DNA of 64,000 nt, taken from NCBI GenBank assembly GCA_965240325.2, contig OZ251245.1, positions 620,001 through 684,000 of the forward strand. Reading direction: 5' to 3'. The notes beneath the pieces were generated by a model that saw nothing but the letters and a program-made list of their open reading frames with translations, searched no databases and was not told the origin of the DNA. Below are positions 31,900-44,459 of the stretch, one piece after another (positions within the stretch are counted from its first letter, which is position 1; each line of letters opens with the position of its first letter). The stretch is from Rebecca billardiae RCC1528. Lineage: Eukaryota; Protista; Haptophyta. Position numbers and translations under genes: made by a program.

Positions 31900-32480
31900 G
31901 CAGCAGTGCTGTGCGCAACGGCGGCGGCGGCGGCGGCCCAGCGGAAGTGGCTGCTGCTGCTGTGACGGAGGTTGAGGACGGGGGCTGCCTCGCGGCACGC
32001 GGTGGCGGCGGCACTGGCTGCAGCGGCGCGGCGGTAGTGGCGGTGGCGTCGGCACCGGCTGAGGTGGGGGCTGAGGGTGGCAGCCGCTGCGCTGCGCATG
32101 GCGACGGCGGCACCTGCGGCACCATTGGCGGCGGTGGCGGCGCTCAGGGTGGCAGCAGCAGCCGCTCGGCGCCACTCGACGGGGGCGGGGGCGGGGGTGA
32201 CGGTGGCGGTAGTGGCGGCGGCGGCTGCACCGGCTGAGGCGGTGGCTGAGGCTGAGAGTGGCAGCTGCTGCGCGGCGAGTGGCTGCGGCGGCGCCGGGGC
32301 ACCGGCTGCGGCGGTGGTGGAGCTCAGGTGAGTCAGGGTGGCAGCAGCTGCGGCTCGCAGCGAGGCGGCGGAGGCGGGGGCGGCGGGGGCGGCTGCAACG
32401 GCGGCGGCGGCGGCGGCGGATGTGGCGGATTAAGCTGATGGTGGCAGCAGCTGCGCGGAGGCACCGGTGGCGAAGGCGGC
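31900..32480. repeat. GGC/GGT/GCA low-complexity tract
   Basis: Imperfect (GGC)n runs with no convincing gene model. Confidence 0.6.
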
Positions 32481-32499
32481 GGCACAGGCGCCGGCGCAC

Positions 32500-33804
32500 C
32501 GCGTGGTGCGCGCAGGCCAGCGCGCACCGGCGCCACTACGTTGCGGCCGCGCGCAGGCAATAGCAGCGCGTCAGCGAGGCGCGCAGCTGCGCACCCCGCG
32601 CGGGCCACGCGCGCTGTCACCGCGCACTACGTCCAAGAGACGGGAACCGCCCAGCGCGGTGCGCGCAGCCCGGCCCGCACTAACCGCATGCAATTGTGGT
32701 GCGCGCGCGCCGGCGCGCGCAGGGTTGCGCGCACAGCGTCAAGTGGTGCCCGTGTGGCGGTGGTGATGCGCAATGCGGCGGGCGACAGGGCGCGTGGCCC
32801 GCGCGCGGCTCGCAGCCACACGCAGCCGCGCGCCCAGCGGGAGCACCGCCATTGCGCGTGCGCATCGCCATCGCACGGCGCGCGGGCGGCCGCGCCGCGG
32901 CGCCAGTGCGGGCCGGGCTGTGCGCGTGCACCGCGTTGCTGGGCGGAGTGCGCCCCGCGGCGCGGCCGCGCGCGCCCCGCACAATGGTGGCGCTGCCGCG
33001 GGACGCGCAGCTGTGCGCCCCACACGGGCCAGACGCGCTGTCTCCCGCCACGCCGCGCATCACCACCGCCATGCGGGCACCACTCGACGTGGTGCGCGCA
33101 GCCCTGCGCGCGCCGGCGGCGCGCTCTGGCGCTGATGCGCGACGCGCGCGCACGCGCGTGCGTGGCCGGCCCACCATTGCGAGCACGCGCCGCGGCGTGG
33201 CTGCGCGCGCACCGCGCAACGGCAGCGCGGCCGCGGGGCGCACGGCTGCGCGCCCCGCGCGGGCCACACGCGCTGTCGCCCGCCGAGCCGCGCATCACCG
33301 CCACCATTACGCGATGCGCACAGCCCTGTGGGGCCGCAGCGCCGCAGCACGGCCGCGCGCGCGCGCAATTGCGGCGCGTTCACGGAGCGCGCGCCTGCGC
33401 GCCTCGCACGGGCCACGCGCGTTGCCACCGCGTACACCGCCACGGGGCGGTGCGCGCAACCCGGTGCGTGCCACCACCGCGCCGCGCCGCCGCCCTGCTT
33501 TCGCATGTGACGGTGCGATGGTGGCGCTGTGCGAGCGCCATGCACGCCCAGCACGGCGGCAGCGCGCGACTTGGCGCGCACTGCCGTGCTGACTGTCTGC
33601 GCCCACTGACACACGGCCTGCACTCGCGCGTGCGCGCGAGCCGCGCACGTCCAACGCAGCGTGCCGGCCTGCTCGCCGTCCTTCTCGCCCGCGGCGAAGG
33701 CGCGAAAGTTTCGGCACGCTCGGCCGCCTGCCACCAACGGCCCTAAAGTTGGGCTGGAGTGCCACCAACGTACGGCCGGCACTTGACCAACGGTCCCCGC
33801 CACC
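32500..33804. repeat. Repeat family D, right arm plus degenerate subterminal repeat array
   Basis: The motif gcagctgcgc-ccc-cgcgggccacgcgcgctgtc recurs at about 32582, 33005, 33243 and 33393, and inverted at about 32780-32820. The last ~430 bp are an inverted copy of 28312-28740. Confidence 0.8.
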
Positions 33805-33957
33805 GAGTATGATACTACCGTCATAGAATCAGTAGTAAATGTAATGAGTTGGAGTGATGACAAGGACAATCCGTCGGGCTCAGCCTCAGGCGCGTGCCGG
33901 AGGTGGCGCGCGCCAGTCGTCAGTGTCAGGAGGAGCGTCCGAGCGTACCAGGCGCGC

Positions 33958-35313
33958 CTAGTACTCCTCGCCCTCCTCCTCACCCTCGCCCTCGGCCGAC
34001 TCGGCGCCGACCTCCTCGTAGTCCTTCTCGAGCGCGGCGAGATCCTCGCGCGCCTCCGAGAACTCGCCCTCCTCCATGCCCTCGCCGACGTACCAGTGGA
34101 CGAACGCGCGCTTGGCGTACATCAGATCGAACTTGTGGTCGATGCGCGAGTACAGCTCGGCGAACGCCGTCGAGTTGGCCTCCATCGTGACCGCGCGCAT
34201 CACCTTGGCGAGGTCGCCGCCCGGCACGACCGTCGGCGGCTGGTAGTTGATGCCGCACTTGAAGCCGGTCGGGCACCAGTCGACGAACTGGATGGTGCGC
34301 TTGGTCTTGATCGTCGCGACGGCGGCGTTCACGTCCTTCGGCACCACGTCGCCGCGGTACATCATGCAGCACGCCATGTACTTGCCGTGGCGCGGGTCGA
34401 CCTTGACGAGCTGCGACGCGGGCTCAAAGACAGCGTTGGTGATCTCGGCGACCGAGAGCTGCTCGTGGTACGCCTTCTCGGCCGAGATGATGGGCGCGAA
34501 GGAGGAGAGGACGAAGTGGATGCGCGGGTACGGCACCAGGTTGGTCTGGAACTCGGTGAGGTCCACGTTGAGCGCGCCGTCGAAGCGGAGCGACGCCGTG
34601 AGCCCCGAGATGATCTGCGCGACCAGGCGGTTGAGGTTGGTGTAGGTCGGGCGCTCAATGTCGAGGTTGCGGCGGCAGATGTCGTACAGCGCCTCGTTGT
34701 CGACGGTGAACGAGACATCCGAGTGCTCGAGGAGCGAGTGCGTCGAGAGCACCGTGTTGTACGGCTCGACCACCGCCGTCGACACCTGCGGCGACGGGTA
34801 GATCGTGAAGGTGAGCTTCGACTTGCGGCCGTAGTCGACCGAGAGCCGCTCGAGCAGCAGCGACGAGAGGCCCGAGCCGGTGCCGCCGCCGACGGCGTTG
34901 AAGACGAGGAAGCCCTGCAGGCCGGTGCAGTTGTCCGCGAGCTTGCGGATGCGGTCGAGCACCAGGTCGATGATCTCCTTGCCCACCGTGTAGTGGCCGC
35001 GCGCGTAGTTGTTGGCCGCGTCCTCCTTGCCAGAGATCAGCTGCTCCGGGTGGTAGAGCTGGCGGTAGGTGCCCGTGCGCACCTCGTCGATCACGGTCGG
35101 CTCGAGGTCGATGAACACCGTGCGCGGCACGTGCTTGCCCGAGCCCGTCTCCGAGAAGAAGGTGTTGAACGCGTCGTCGCCGCCGCCGATGGTCTTGTCC
35201 GAAGGCATCTGGCCGTCCGGCTGGATGCCGTGCTCGAGGCAGAAGAGCTCCCAGCAGGCGTTACCGAACTGGATGCCGGCCTGGCCCATGTGGATGCAGA
35301 GGCACTCACGCAT
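33958..35313 (-). CDS. TUBA: Alpha-tubulin (intronless CDS)
   Basis: [40 protein letters not shown]...GGGTGSG...EGEEY. Confidence 0.99.
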   Translation of the reverse strand: MRECLCIHMGQAGIQFGNACWELFCLEHGIQPDGQMPSDKTIGGGDDAFNTFFSETGSGKHVPRTVFIDLEPTVIDEVRTGTYRQLYHPEQLISGKEDAANNYARGHYTVGKEIIDLVLDRIRKLADNCTGLQGFLVFNAVGGGTGSGLSSLLLERLSVDYGRKSKLTFTIYPSPQVSTAVVEPYNTVLSTHSLLEHSDVSFTVDNEALYDICRRNLDIERPTYTNLNRLVAQIISGLTASLRFDGALNVDLTEFQTNLVPYPRIHFVLSSFAPIISAEKAYHEQLSVAEITNAVFEPASQLVKVDPRHGKYMACCMMYRGDVVPKDVNAAVATIKTKRTIQFVDWCPTGFKCGINYQPPTVVPGGDLAKVMRAVTMEANSTAFAELYSRIDHKFDLMYAKRAFVHWYVGEGMEEGEFSEAREDLAALEKDYEEVGAESAEGEGEEEGEEY

Positions 35314-35768
35314 TGTTGATGGAGAGGGGTTGGGGTGGGTCGGGGGGCGAGGGCTCGAGAGCGGCGATGCTCTGCGCGGACGAGAAAACCGACGCGCGGC
35401 GAGGGCGCGCGCGTGAGCGAGGTGCGCGGCGAGCGCGAGCGGGGGGCGCGGGTGGGGGGGTGCAACCGGGCACGGGGAACACGCATACACCGCACGCGGC
35501 GCGCGGCGGCCGCCCGGGCGCGCGGCGCGCGTGCCCGAGGGCGGCGGGAGCAGGGCGCGGGGGGCGCAGCGGGCAGGAGCCCTCACCTTTGCAGGGGTTG
35601 GCGAGTGCCCAAGCCGCAAACCGCCCCTTCCGCCTCCGCGGGAGTTGAGAGCGTGCGCAGCACGCGCGGGCGCCGGCGCTTTTTGAACGGCGGTGAAACC
35701 GAAAATCCGGACTGGGCTTTCAAGTAGTCGCGCCTCTGCGCCCGGACACAGGGATCGTTATCCAGGCG

Positions 35769-38700
35769 ATGGAGGAGGGCGCACCTGCCGGCGCGCCGGC
35801 GCGCGCGCCGCCCGCGCGCGTGCTGGCGTGCGTGGGCGCGACCGTCGACTTCGACATGGGCCCGGCGCTGGAGGAGCTCGCCAAGGACCCGTCCGTCACG
35901 ATCATCCGCCTCGCCGACCTCGAGGCCGCCGAGATGGCGGGCACGGCCGTGGGCGGCGAATCGCTCAAGCCGTTGATCACGGCGGCGCGCGCCGCGCCGG
36001 CGGGCGCGGCGCTGGAGCGGCTGCCGGCCGAGCTGTGCGCGAAGATGGTGGCGAAGCGGCTGAGCGCACTCGCCGACGAGCCCACCGCCGCCGACCTCCG
36101 CCTCGCCCTCCTCGACGCCACCTTCCCGAGCAGCGCGGAGGACGCGGCGGCGCTCGCCGAGGCGGGCGTGCCGGTGGACTTGGCGCTCGAGCTGGTGGTG
36201 CCGCAGGCGGTGTGCGTGTACCAGCGCGAGGCGGTGGCGTACGCGGAGGTGGAGGCGGCCGCCGAGACCAAGAAGGCGAGCAAGAAGAAGCCGCCCAAGG
36301 ACGCCCCGCCGCCCGAGGAGGCGCCGGCGGGCGGCCACCGCCCAGGCATCCTGCCGACGACAACCGACCCGGCCGAGCGCCCTCCGGCGCTGCGCGAGCT
36401 GGCGACGCTGGCGGAGGCGTGCCACCGCGGCGAGGGCGGGGCGTACGGCGGCGACCTGGTGTACTTCGCCGTGCGCGAGGTCGCCGCGCCGCCCGCGCCG
36501 CCGCCCACCGAGCTCACCCGCCCGTCCACCATCGAGACCGCCTCAACCGCCGCGGCCGAGGGTGCCACCAAGCCCAAGGCGGTGGGCGGCGGCAAGGACG
36601 GCGGCGGCAAGGACGGCGGCGGCAAGGACCGGGCGGGCAGCGCCAAGGGCGGCGCGAAGGGGAAGGAGAAGAAGGGGAAGGAGAAGGAGACGCCGGCGAA
36701 GGAGAAGCCGGGCAAGGACAAGAAGAAGGGCGCCAAGGACCCGCCGCCGCCACCACCCGAGCCCGATCCGATCGAGCTTCAGCTTCCATCCACTTGGCTC
36801 GAGCCCGCGGCCGTAGCCAACACGGTGCTGGCGCACGGGCGCGCGCTCGCGACGCAGCGCGCGGAGTTCGCGCGGTGGGCGTCGGCGTGCACGGGGGAGG
36901 TGGTGCGCCTCGCGCCGCTGCCCGAGGAGCAGCGCGCCGAGCTCGGCCGCGTCGAGGCAGCGTACCACGCCCGGCTCGCGCCTGTCCCGCTTGGCGCGAT
37001 CACAGTCGCCACCGCGCTCGAAGCCGTGCTGGGCGCGGTGAGCGAGGCGGTCGAGGCGTCGGAGGGCGGCGGCGGTGGGGGCGGCGTGGCGGAGGAGGGC
37101 GAGAAGGCCGAGGCGCCCACGCCCGCCGCCGATGGCGCCGCGCTCGACGCCGCCGACGGCGGCTCGGCAGCCGGCGGCGACGGCGGCGGCGCCGCGGCCG
37201 CGGCCGCCCCCGGCTCTGGCGGAGACGGCGGCGCCGCCGCCGGCCCCGCCGATCCGCGCTCGCTCGAGCAGATCGAGGCGTTCCTGAGCACGGCGGCGAT
37301 GCTGAGCGCGCGCGGGTACCTGCGCCCCGCGGAGGCGCACGACCACCTCGCCGACGCCGCGTCGGCCGAGCGCGAGCGCGTCGTCCTCTTCCGCGCGCAC
37401 GCGCCGGTGCCGCACGGTGACTCGCTGCAACACTGGCGGCTTCGCGCGCCGCCGCTCGCGGCGACGGCGCTTCCGACGTCGGAGAGGCGGCGGCTGGCGG
37501 CGGGGCTGCAGCCGCAGCGCTCGGGCGGGCAGAGCGGCGTGGACGACGAGGACGATGACGACGTGGTCGAGCTCGGCGCCGCCCCCGACGCCCAGAGCGC
37601 GCGCCCCGCCGTCCCGGCGCCCGATGAGGCTGAGCTCGCGCGAGCGCGCCGCGGCGCCGCGGCGGCGCGTCGGCTGCTCGCGCGGGTGCGCATGCCGGCG
37701 CGCGACCGTTACTGGATGCCGGCGGTGCCCGCGCTCTCGGCGGAGGCGCGCGCGGCGGAGCGCTCGGCGCTGCTGCACGCGATGCGCACGCTCGAGAGCA
37801 CCCTCGCGCGCGACGCGAGCCCCGCCGCCGCCGCCGCCGCCGCCGCCGCGCCCGTCTCGGATGGCGACGGCGCAGCCGGCGCGGCCGGCGCGGCCGGCGG
37901 CGGCGGCGCGGCCGGCGCGGCCGGCAAGCGCCGCGGCCTCTCCGCGCAGGAGGCGGAGTACGCGGCGCATGTGATGCGGCTGGAGGACATGGTGAACGAG
38001 CTGGACGAGCGCGTGCGCGCGCAGCGCGAGGCGGACGCGGACGCGCTGCGCGACGCCATCGCCGCCGAGGCATCCGCCACGGCGCGCGAGTCCACGCCAA
38101 CCACCGCGCGCGAAGCGCTGTCGGTTACGGCCGTTACGGACGGCGGCAGCGAGCTCGACTCGCATCGGCAGGGCGGCGGCTCGGAGGTGGGCGCGTTCCG
38201 GCCGGGCGGCGGCGGGCTAGGCGCGATGGTGCTCGGCGCCGACGGCGCGGCCGCCCTCGCCGCGCGCCGGCGCAAGTCCAAGCCGCCGCCGCGGCTCGAG
38301 TCGACCGACCGCTGCTTTATTGAGCATTTGTCGCCGCACGCCGCGCCCATCGCCTGGTACGAGGCCGTTTCGCGGAAGCCTCCGCCGACGGTGCTGCACG
38401 AGTACGACGCGATGAGCGACTCGGTGCTCGTGGCGCTGCACACGCCCGCGCCGCCCGAGTCGCGCCAGCACGCGCTGCCCGAGCTCCCGGCGCCCACCGA
38501 CGCCGCGATCGCGCGCAACTTTGCAGCGTGGCACGCTTGGACGCGCGACCGCGCCAACACTCTCGACGGCACGCGCGCGCCGCCGCCGCCGCCGTTGCCG
38601 CCCGGCGGTGTGCTGATCGAGGCGAGCCCGGCGCTGCCGCCGCGCGCGGGCACGGAGCCGCGCACCGACGTGTACTACCCGGCGGACGGCTGCATCATCA

Positions 38701-41700
38701 GCGTGACGCACCCGCGCGTCGCGTACGAGGCGCCGGCGCGGGCGCAGCCTTCGGGCGCGCAGCCTGGGGCCAACCGCCGCAGCAGCACGCAGAGCGCCGC
38801 GGGCGGCGGCGGGCTGCGCGCGGGCGGCGGCGCGGGCGCGGCGGCGGACGGCGCCGGCGCGGCGCAGCCGCCGCCGATCGCGGGGCAGCCCTCCTCGGGC
38901 ACGGCACCCAACGGCGGCGGCGGCGGCGGCGGCGGCGGCGCGTCCGTCGCGCCCTCTTTGCCATCCGCCGAGCCGAGCGCGCTCACCGCCGGCAGCGGCG
39001 GCGCCGACGGCGGCGCGGCCGAGGCGGAGGAGCCGACGGCGCGCGCGTCGGTGGCGGCGCGCTCGTGGACGCTCGTCGCGACGCGCGTGATGACCAGGCG
39101 CGCGGCGGAGGAGCTCGCCGCGGCCAAGCTCAAGCTGAACAAGAAGAAGCCCATGGCGGCCCTGCGCTCGGTGTTCTTTGCGGACGAACAATTCGACCCT
39201 CCGGTGATGGTCGGAGATTGCGAGCTGCTGCTGACGTTTGACGACGACCGGAGCTCGGTGCGCGCGTGGTTGGACGAGCGGCGGACGTGCTGGCTCGCGC
39301 ACGGCGCGGCGGACGGGCTGACCACGGCGATCTCGGAGGACGGCGTCGTTCGCATGGAGTGGGCCCACGGCGCCGCGGCGCAGCGCTCGGCCTCCGCCTC
39401 GACGGCCGCCGCCGTCGTCGCCGCCGCCGCCGCGACGGCCGGCGGCGACGGCGGCGGCGGCGGTGGCGCGCTGCGCGCTCGCGCGCCGCCGCGCGAGGTT
39501 GGGCGCACGGTGCTGCCGAGCGGCAGCGTGCTCACGTCGATGGAGGACGGGAGCACGCGCATCCTGATGCGCGACGGCAACGCCGCCGAGCGCGCCGCAG
39601 GCGGCGAGCTGCGAGTAACAAACAACTCAGGCATCCGCGTGCTCCGGCGCGCGCCGCCGGCCGGCGCGGCCGGCGCGGGCGGCGAGTCGAAGGGGATGGC
39701 TGCGGCGGGGGAGGCGTCGTTCCTGCCCGCCGCGGACATCGCGCGGCTCACTGACCAGCCCACGGGCGCGACCGTCTTCTCGCGCGCCGACCGCACGCTG
39801 GTCACCGAGCTCGGCGATGGCGGACGAATTGTCTGCCATGCTGACGGCACGATGATCGGCTGCTCCGCCGAGGTGGAGCGCTCCGGCGGCTCACGCGGGG
39901 ACGTGCGCGTGGAGGGCGGCGAGGGCGGCGGGAGCAACCGCGTCTTCCTGCACCTGCGCACGGGGGAGCAGCGCGTCGAGTGCGCGGGCGGCGTGATGCT
40001 CCGCCGCGTGTACGACGCAGACTCGGCGCTATTAGCGCTCGAGCTCGTGAGACCGGATGGCGCGCGGCTGCTGTTCCACGCGCTCGCGACCGCGCGGCGG
40101 CAGAAGGCGCCGATGGCGGCGTTCACGCCCGCGCCGGTCGCGCTGTCCGAGAAGCTCGCGTACGACACGGACGGCTGCTACATGTTCAAGTTCGGCACGG
40201 GCGAGCTCACCACCAAGGACACGGAGGGCTCCAACTTCCGCATCCGGCTCGGCCGGCCGACCGAGTGCGTGTGCACGCCCGCCGTCAAGGACGACCTCGA
40301 GACCGAGGTGCGAAGCGTTTTCGGCCCGCGCGCGCGCCGAGCGCGCCGAGCGCGCCGAGCGCGCCGAGCGCGCGCCGAGCCGGGAGCGCGCGCGCCCGTG
40401 CCCGCCCCCGCCCCAACCGCCTCGCCGCGCGCGCGCAGGAGGACGCCGAGACGGTTGCGGACCGGAAGCGAGCGACCACAGTCGCGGCGGCCGAGGCGGC
40501 GGCGGAGGCGGCCCGACTCCTGAGGCAGGGCCTGCGCCCGCGGCCCAAGGTGATCCTGCCCAAGCTGGCCGCCACGCCGGCGACGGGCGGCACGCACCCG
40601 CCCCGCTTCATGCGCTTCCACCCCGACGGCTCCGCCATCGAGTGGCACCGCCCGCACGACGTCGCCCCCTACTTTGCCCGCGTCGGCGCATCGCACGCGT
40701 ACCCCGCTCGGCCGCCCACGGAGCCGCAGTGCCTCGGCGCTGAGGGCGAGCTCGACGGCGCGATGGTGCTCGCGCACCCGGTCTCCGCCGCGCCGCCCGC
40801 CGCGTTCGTCACGCTGCTCTCGCCGGTGCGCGCCGGTCGTGTCGCGCGCGCGAGCAGTCCCCGCGCGTGCTCGCGCGCCGCGCGCACGCGCTGAGACGGC
40901 CGCGCGCATCCGTGCGTGCGTGCGCACACGCGCGCGCGCGCGCACGCGCGCGCGCGCGCACAGGATGTCGACGAGCTTGCGCACCTCAAGCCGAGCGCGG
41001 TGCTCACGCCGGACATCCTCCACCTCTTCCGCTTCAACGTGAGGGCACGCACGCGCCCCGCGCGCACACCGCGCACGCCGGAGGCGCACCGCACCCCGCG
41101 AGGCACTCGCTGCCGCTGCTGCGCCCGCGCCGCTCGCGGGCAGCCGCGGCGCGCCGCGCCCGGCGTGCGCGGCAGCGCGCGCGCGGCGCCCCGCTCAGCA
41201 CAGCCCCGCACGCCGCCCGCGCGCGCCGGATGCCTGCCGCCCCCGGCTGGTGCCACCAGACCGCGGACCTGCCGCCCACGCCCCGGCCGAGCACCATCCA
41301 CATCCGCCAGCTCTACTACGCCTCGCCGCTGACCGACGCCGAGCGAACGGTGCGCCGCGGCGCGCCGGCCGAGCAGGCGGGCGGCGCGCCACGCAGCCAA
41401 CCGGCGTGGCAGCCCGCGTCGAATGCGCGGCGCGCGCACGCGCGCACGCGCCGGTGTCGCGTGCGCACCCGCGCGCCGTCTCCTCGCGCGCCGTCGCGCG
41501 CGCGCGCCGCGCCGGCGTGCCCTGCTCACCCGCGCCGCGCCGCGCGCCGTCGCGCGCGCGTGCGCCCCCCTGGTGCGCGCGCAGCTCTTTGTCGCCACGG
41601 TGCGCGAGTATCACGAGTGGCAGGCGCGCTCGCGGCAGGCGCTGCTCGACATGCGCATCGAGGACTCGCGCAGCGCGGCCGAGATCGAGCTGCAGGAGGC

Positions 41701-41890
41701 GCTGGGCGCGGAGCTGCGCGCGCTCGAGGAGGAGCACGCGCGCGCGCGCGCGGCGCAGAGCCAGAGCTCGCTCGCGGCGTCGACGCTCGCGCTCACGGCG
41801 CGCACGAGCGACGAGGCCGCCGCGACTACCGCCGGGGCCGCCGACGATCCCGACGCGATGGAATCAGACGACGCAGGTGGCGGCATGTAG
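35769..41890 (+). CDS. Large flagellar central-pair protein, PF6/SPAG17-like (several 3' introns)
   Basis: Segments EHLSPH..YDAMSDSVLVALH and TNNSGIR..TDQPTGATVFSRADRTLVTELGDGGRIVCHADGTMI, plus DTEGSNFRI and PPRFMRFHPDGSAIEW, resemble SPAG17 conserved blocks. Lys-rich low-complexity tracts are also present. Confidence 0.7.
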
Positions 41891-42337
41891 TCGCGTGGCA
41901 TCGCAGCAGGTCGATAGATCCGCCATATATATATATACATCGATCTATACAGTAATGAATAATAACTAATAAGTATACGCGAATAACGTAAACCCGAAAC
42001 CGGCACGGCTGCGCCGAGCTACCTAATAATGCTAGGCTACTACCTATATATATAGACAGTATAGTCCGGGGCGGCCTGGCCAGGCACGGCTGGCCAGGGC
42101 CCAGGCACTAGCCACTAGGCAGCGCTAGTGACGGCCGTGGCGAGTCCGGCGCGCGCATCTAGAATTGGGGCCCGAGCCTAGTGCCAAGCGCGTGGGCGCA
42201 GTGGGCGCCGGCGTGCGCAGGCGCGCGCTTGGCTCCCGACTCGGTGGCCGCGTGCCGCCCACGGAGCCAGGCCGCCATGGAGCCAGCCAGCCCGAAGCGC
42301 GCGCGCGGGCTTTTAGTTTTTGGCGGCGGCGGCGGGC

Positions 42338-43488
42338 TCAGCCCTGCGCGCCGCCAATCTCGGTGCCGACGCCGGCGCCTGGCAGCAGCGCGAGGAGCAG
42401 CGCGTGCGGCACGCGGCCGTCCAGGATGACCGACGCGCCGACGCCGTCGCGCACCGCCTCCGACGCCGTCTGCAGCTTCGGGATCATCCCCCCAGTAATC
42501 GTGCCGTCCCCGACGAGTCGCTCCACGTCCGCGGTGCCGAGCTGCTCGAGCAGCGCGCCGCTCTGGTCGAGCACGCCGGCCACGTCCGTGAGCAGCAGGA
42601 GCTTGGTCGCGCCGAGCGCGGAGGCGATGGCGCCGGCCGCCGTGTCGGCGTTGATGTTGTACCGGGCGCCGTCCGCCACGCCCACGCCTACGCGCGCGCG
42701 CGCGCGCGCGCGCCGCGCGAGCGCCCTGGGCATGAGCGGCGCGCGGCGGGCGCGCGCTCGCGCTGGCGCGGGCGCGCTGGCGAGCACGCGGCGCGCGCGT
42801 GCGCACCGATGGGCGCGACGACGGGGATGGCGCCGATGCTGATCAGATCGTGCAGGAAGCTCGGGTCGACGTGCGTCGGCTCGCCCACCAGTCCGAGGTC
42901 AGCCTTCTGCCGAGAGCCGTCGTCAGCGACCAGCCAGTGCTCCATGCGAGTCGCGCCAATCACGCCGCACGACTGGCCGGTGAGGCCGACCGCCTTGCCG
43001 CCGGCGCGGGAGATCTCGCCGACGAGCTTGTTGTTCACCAGCCCGCCGAGCACCATCTCGACCACCTCCATCGTCCGCTCGTCCGTCACGCGCCGGCCGT
43101 CGACAAAGTCTGACTTGATCTGCAGGTCGGAGAGCATGCGCGTGATCTGAGGGCCGCCGCCGTGGACGATGACCACATTGACGCCGAGGCGGCGTAATAA
43201 GACGACGTCGGCGTAGAAGCTGCAGCTGAGCGCCTCGTCCGTCATCGCGTGCCCGCCGTACTTGACCACCACCGTCGAGCCCGCGTACTCGAGCAGCTGC
43301 GGGACTCGCGCCGCGAGCGTGTCGCCGATGCCGGTGGCGCCCGGCGCGTCCGTGGTGGCGACCGCGCGCACGCGCGAGCGGGCGGCACGGGTGAGCACGC
43401 CGCGTGGCGAGCGGCTCGCGACGTGCGCGTGCGCGCCGACGGCGGCGGCGGCGAGCACTGCGAGGGCCGGCGCGAGTCGGCAAGCCAT
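42338..43488 (-). CDS. argB: Acetylglutamate kinase, plastid-targeted, 1 intron
   Basis: [72 protein letters not shown]-terminal signal + transit peptide. Confidence 0.95.
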
Positions 43489-43709
43489 GGCTGCGTGTTC
43501 GGACGCGGCGCGGTTGGTCGTCTTTTGCTCGCGACGAAAGCAGCCGGCCCGTCGGCGGCGGCGCCATGGCGGTGGCAGTCCGGGCTTTGGTGGCGAGAGT
43601 GCCCCGGATCTCAGCTTTTGGCCCCGACTGACCACGGCGCTCGGGCAGACATCAAGGCAGCTCGCATTTCGCCGCCCGCATCATCACCCGTGCTTGGTCG
43701 TGAGCGGGG

Positions 43710-44424
43710 ATGTCGACGACGGGGTCGCAGGCGGGCTCGACCTACCGCTCGTCGTTGAGCGCGCCGCCCCGGCGCGTGCCGGAGCCGCGACGCTCGCCCG
43801 CGCCGCGCATGCCGACCAACTACCCGAGCCGGCTGCCGCCGCCCTTCGCCATCCCGTCCGAGGCGACGTCTCCTCTCTCGCAGCAGTACTTGCCGCGGCC
43901 CGACGACGCGCGGTACACGCAGCAGGCGACCCCGTTCACGCCGACGGAGCTGGGCATCTCGGTCGCGGCTCGATCGACGCTCCGCCAGCACCGGACACAG
44001 TCGGGCATCGCCCTCGTCTTCCTGTGCATCATCGGCTGCGCGGGCGTTCTCGCCCTGTATGGCTTCTCACGCGTCGCCGAGGGCAAGAAAGCGCAGCCGA
44101 CGCTCGGCGGCGTGGACGACGACGGCGTCGTGCTGGCGAACGTGACCATGCTGACCGATCCCAACGTCACGCTCGCGTTCAGCCTGCCGACCGACCCGCC
44201 GCTCAGCCCGCCGCTCCCGCCGAGCCCGCCAGCCTCGCCGCCGCCCGGCTCGCCGCCGCCGCCGCCGTCGCCGCCGCCGCTCAGCCGGTGGGAGCGGAAG
44301 AAGCGAGAGCGCGAGGCGGCGTGGCGGCGCGCGCACCCGATCAAGCCGTCGCCCTCGCCCCCGCCGGCGCAGCCACCCTCCGCGCCGCCCGCGCCGCTGC
44401 CGCCGCCAGTGCCGCCGCAGTCGC

Positions 44425-44459
<35 letters not shown>

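Noticed and set aside
33844-35319. Long antisense or alternative-frame ORFs over tubulin, CUL3, NACHT, PF6 and others
   Set aside because: These are expected shadows of very high GC3 codon usage. The Arg/Ala/Pro-rich translations have no motifs.
41039-41050. Possible second GC splice donor (GCACGC at 41045) in the PF6-like gene
   Set aside because: An in-phase canonical GTGAGG donor at 41039 explains the junction equally well.
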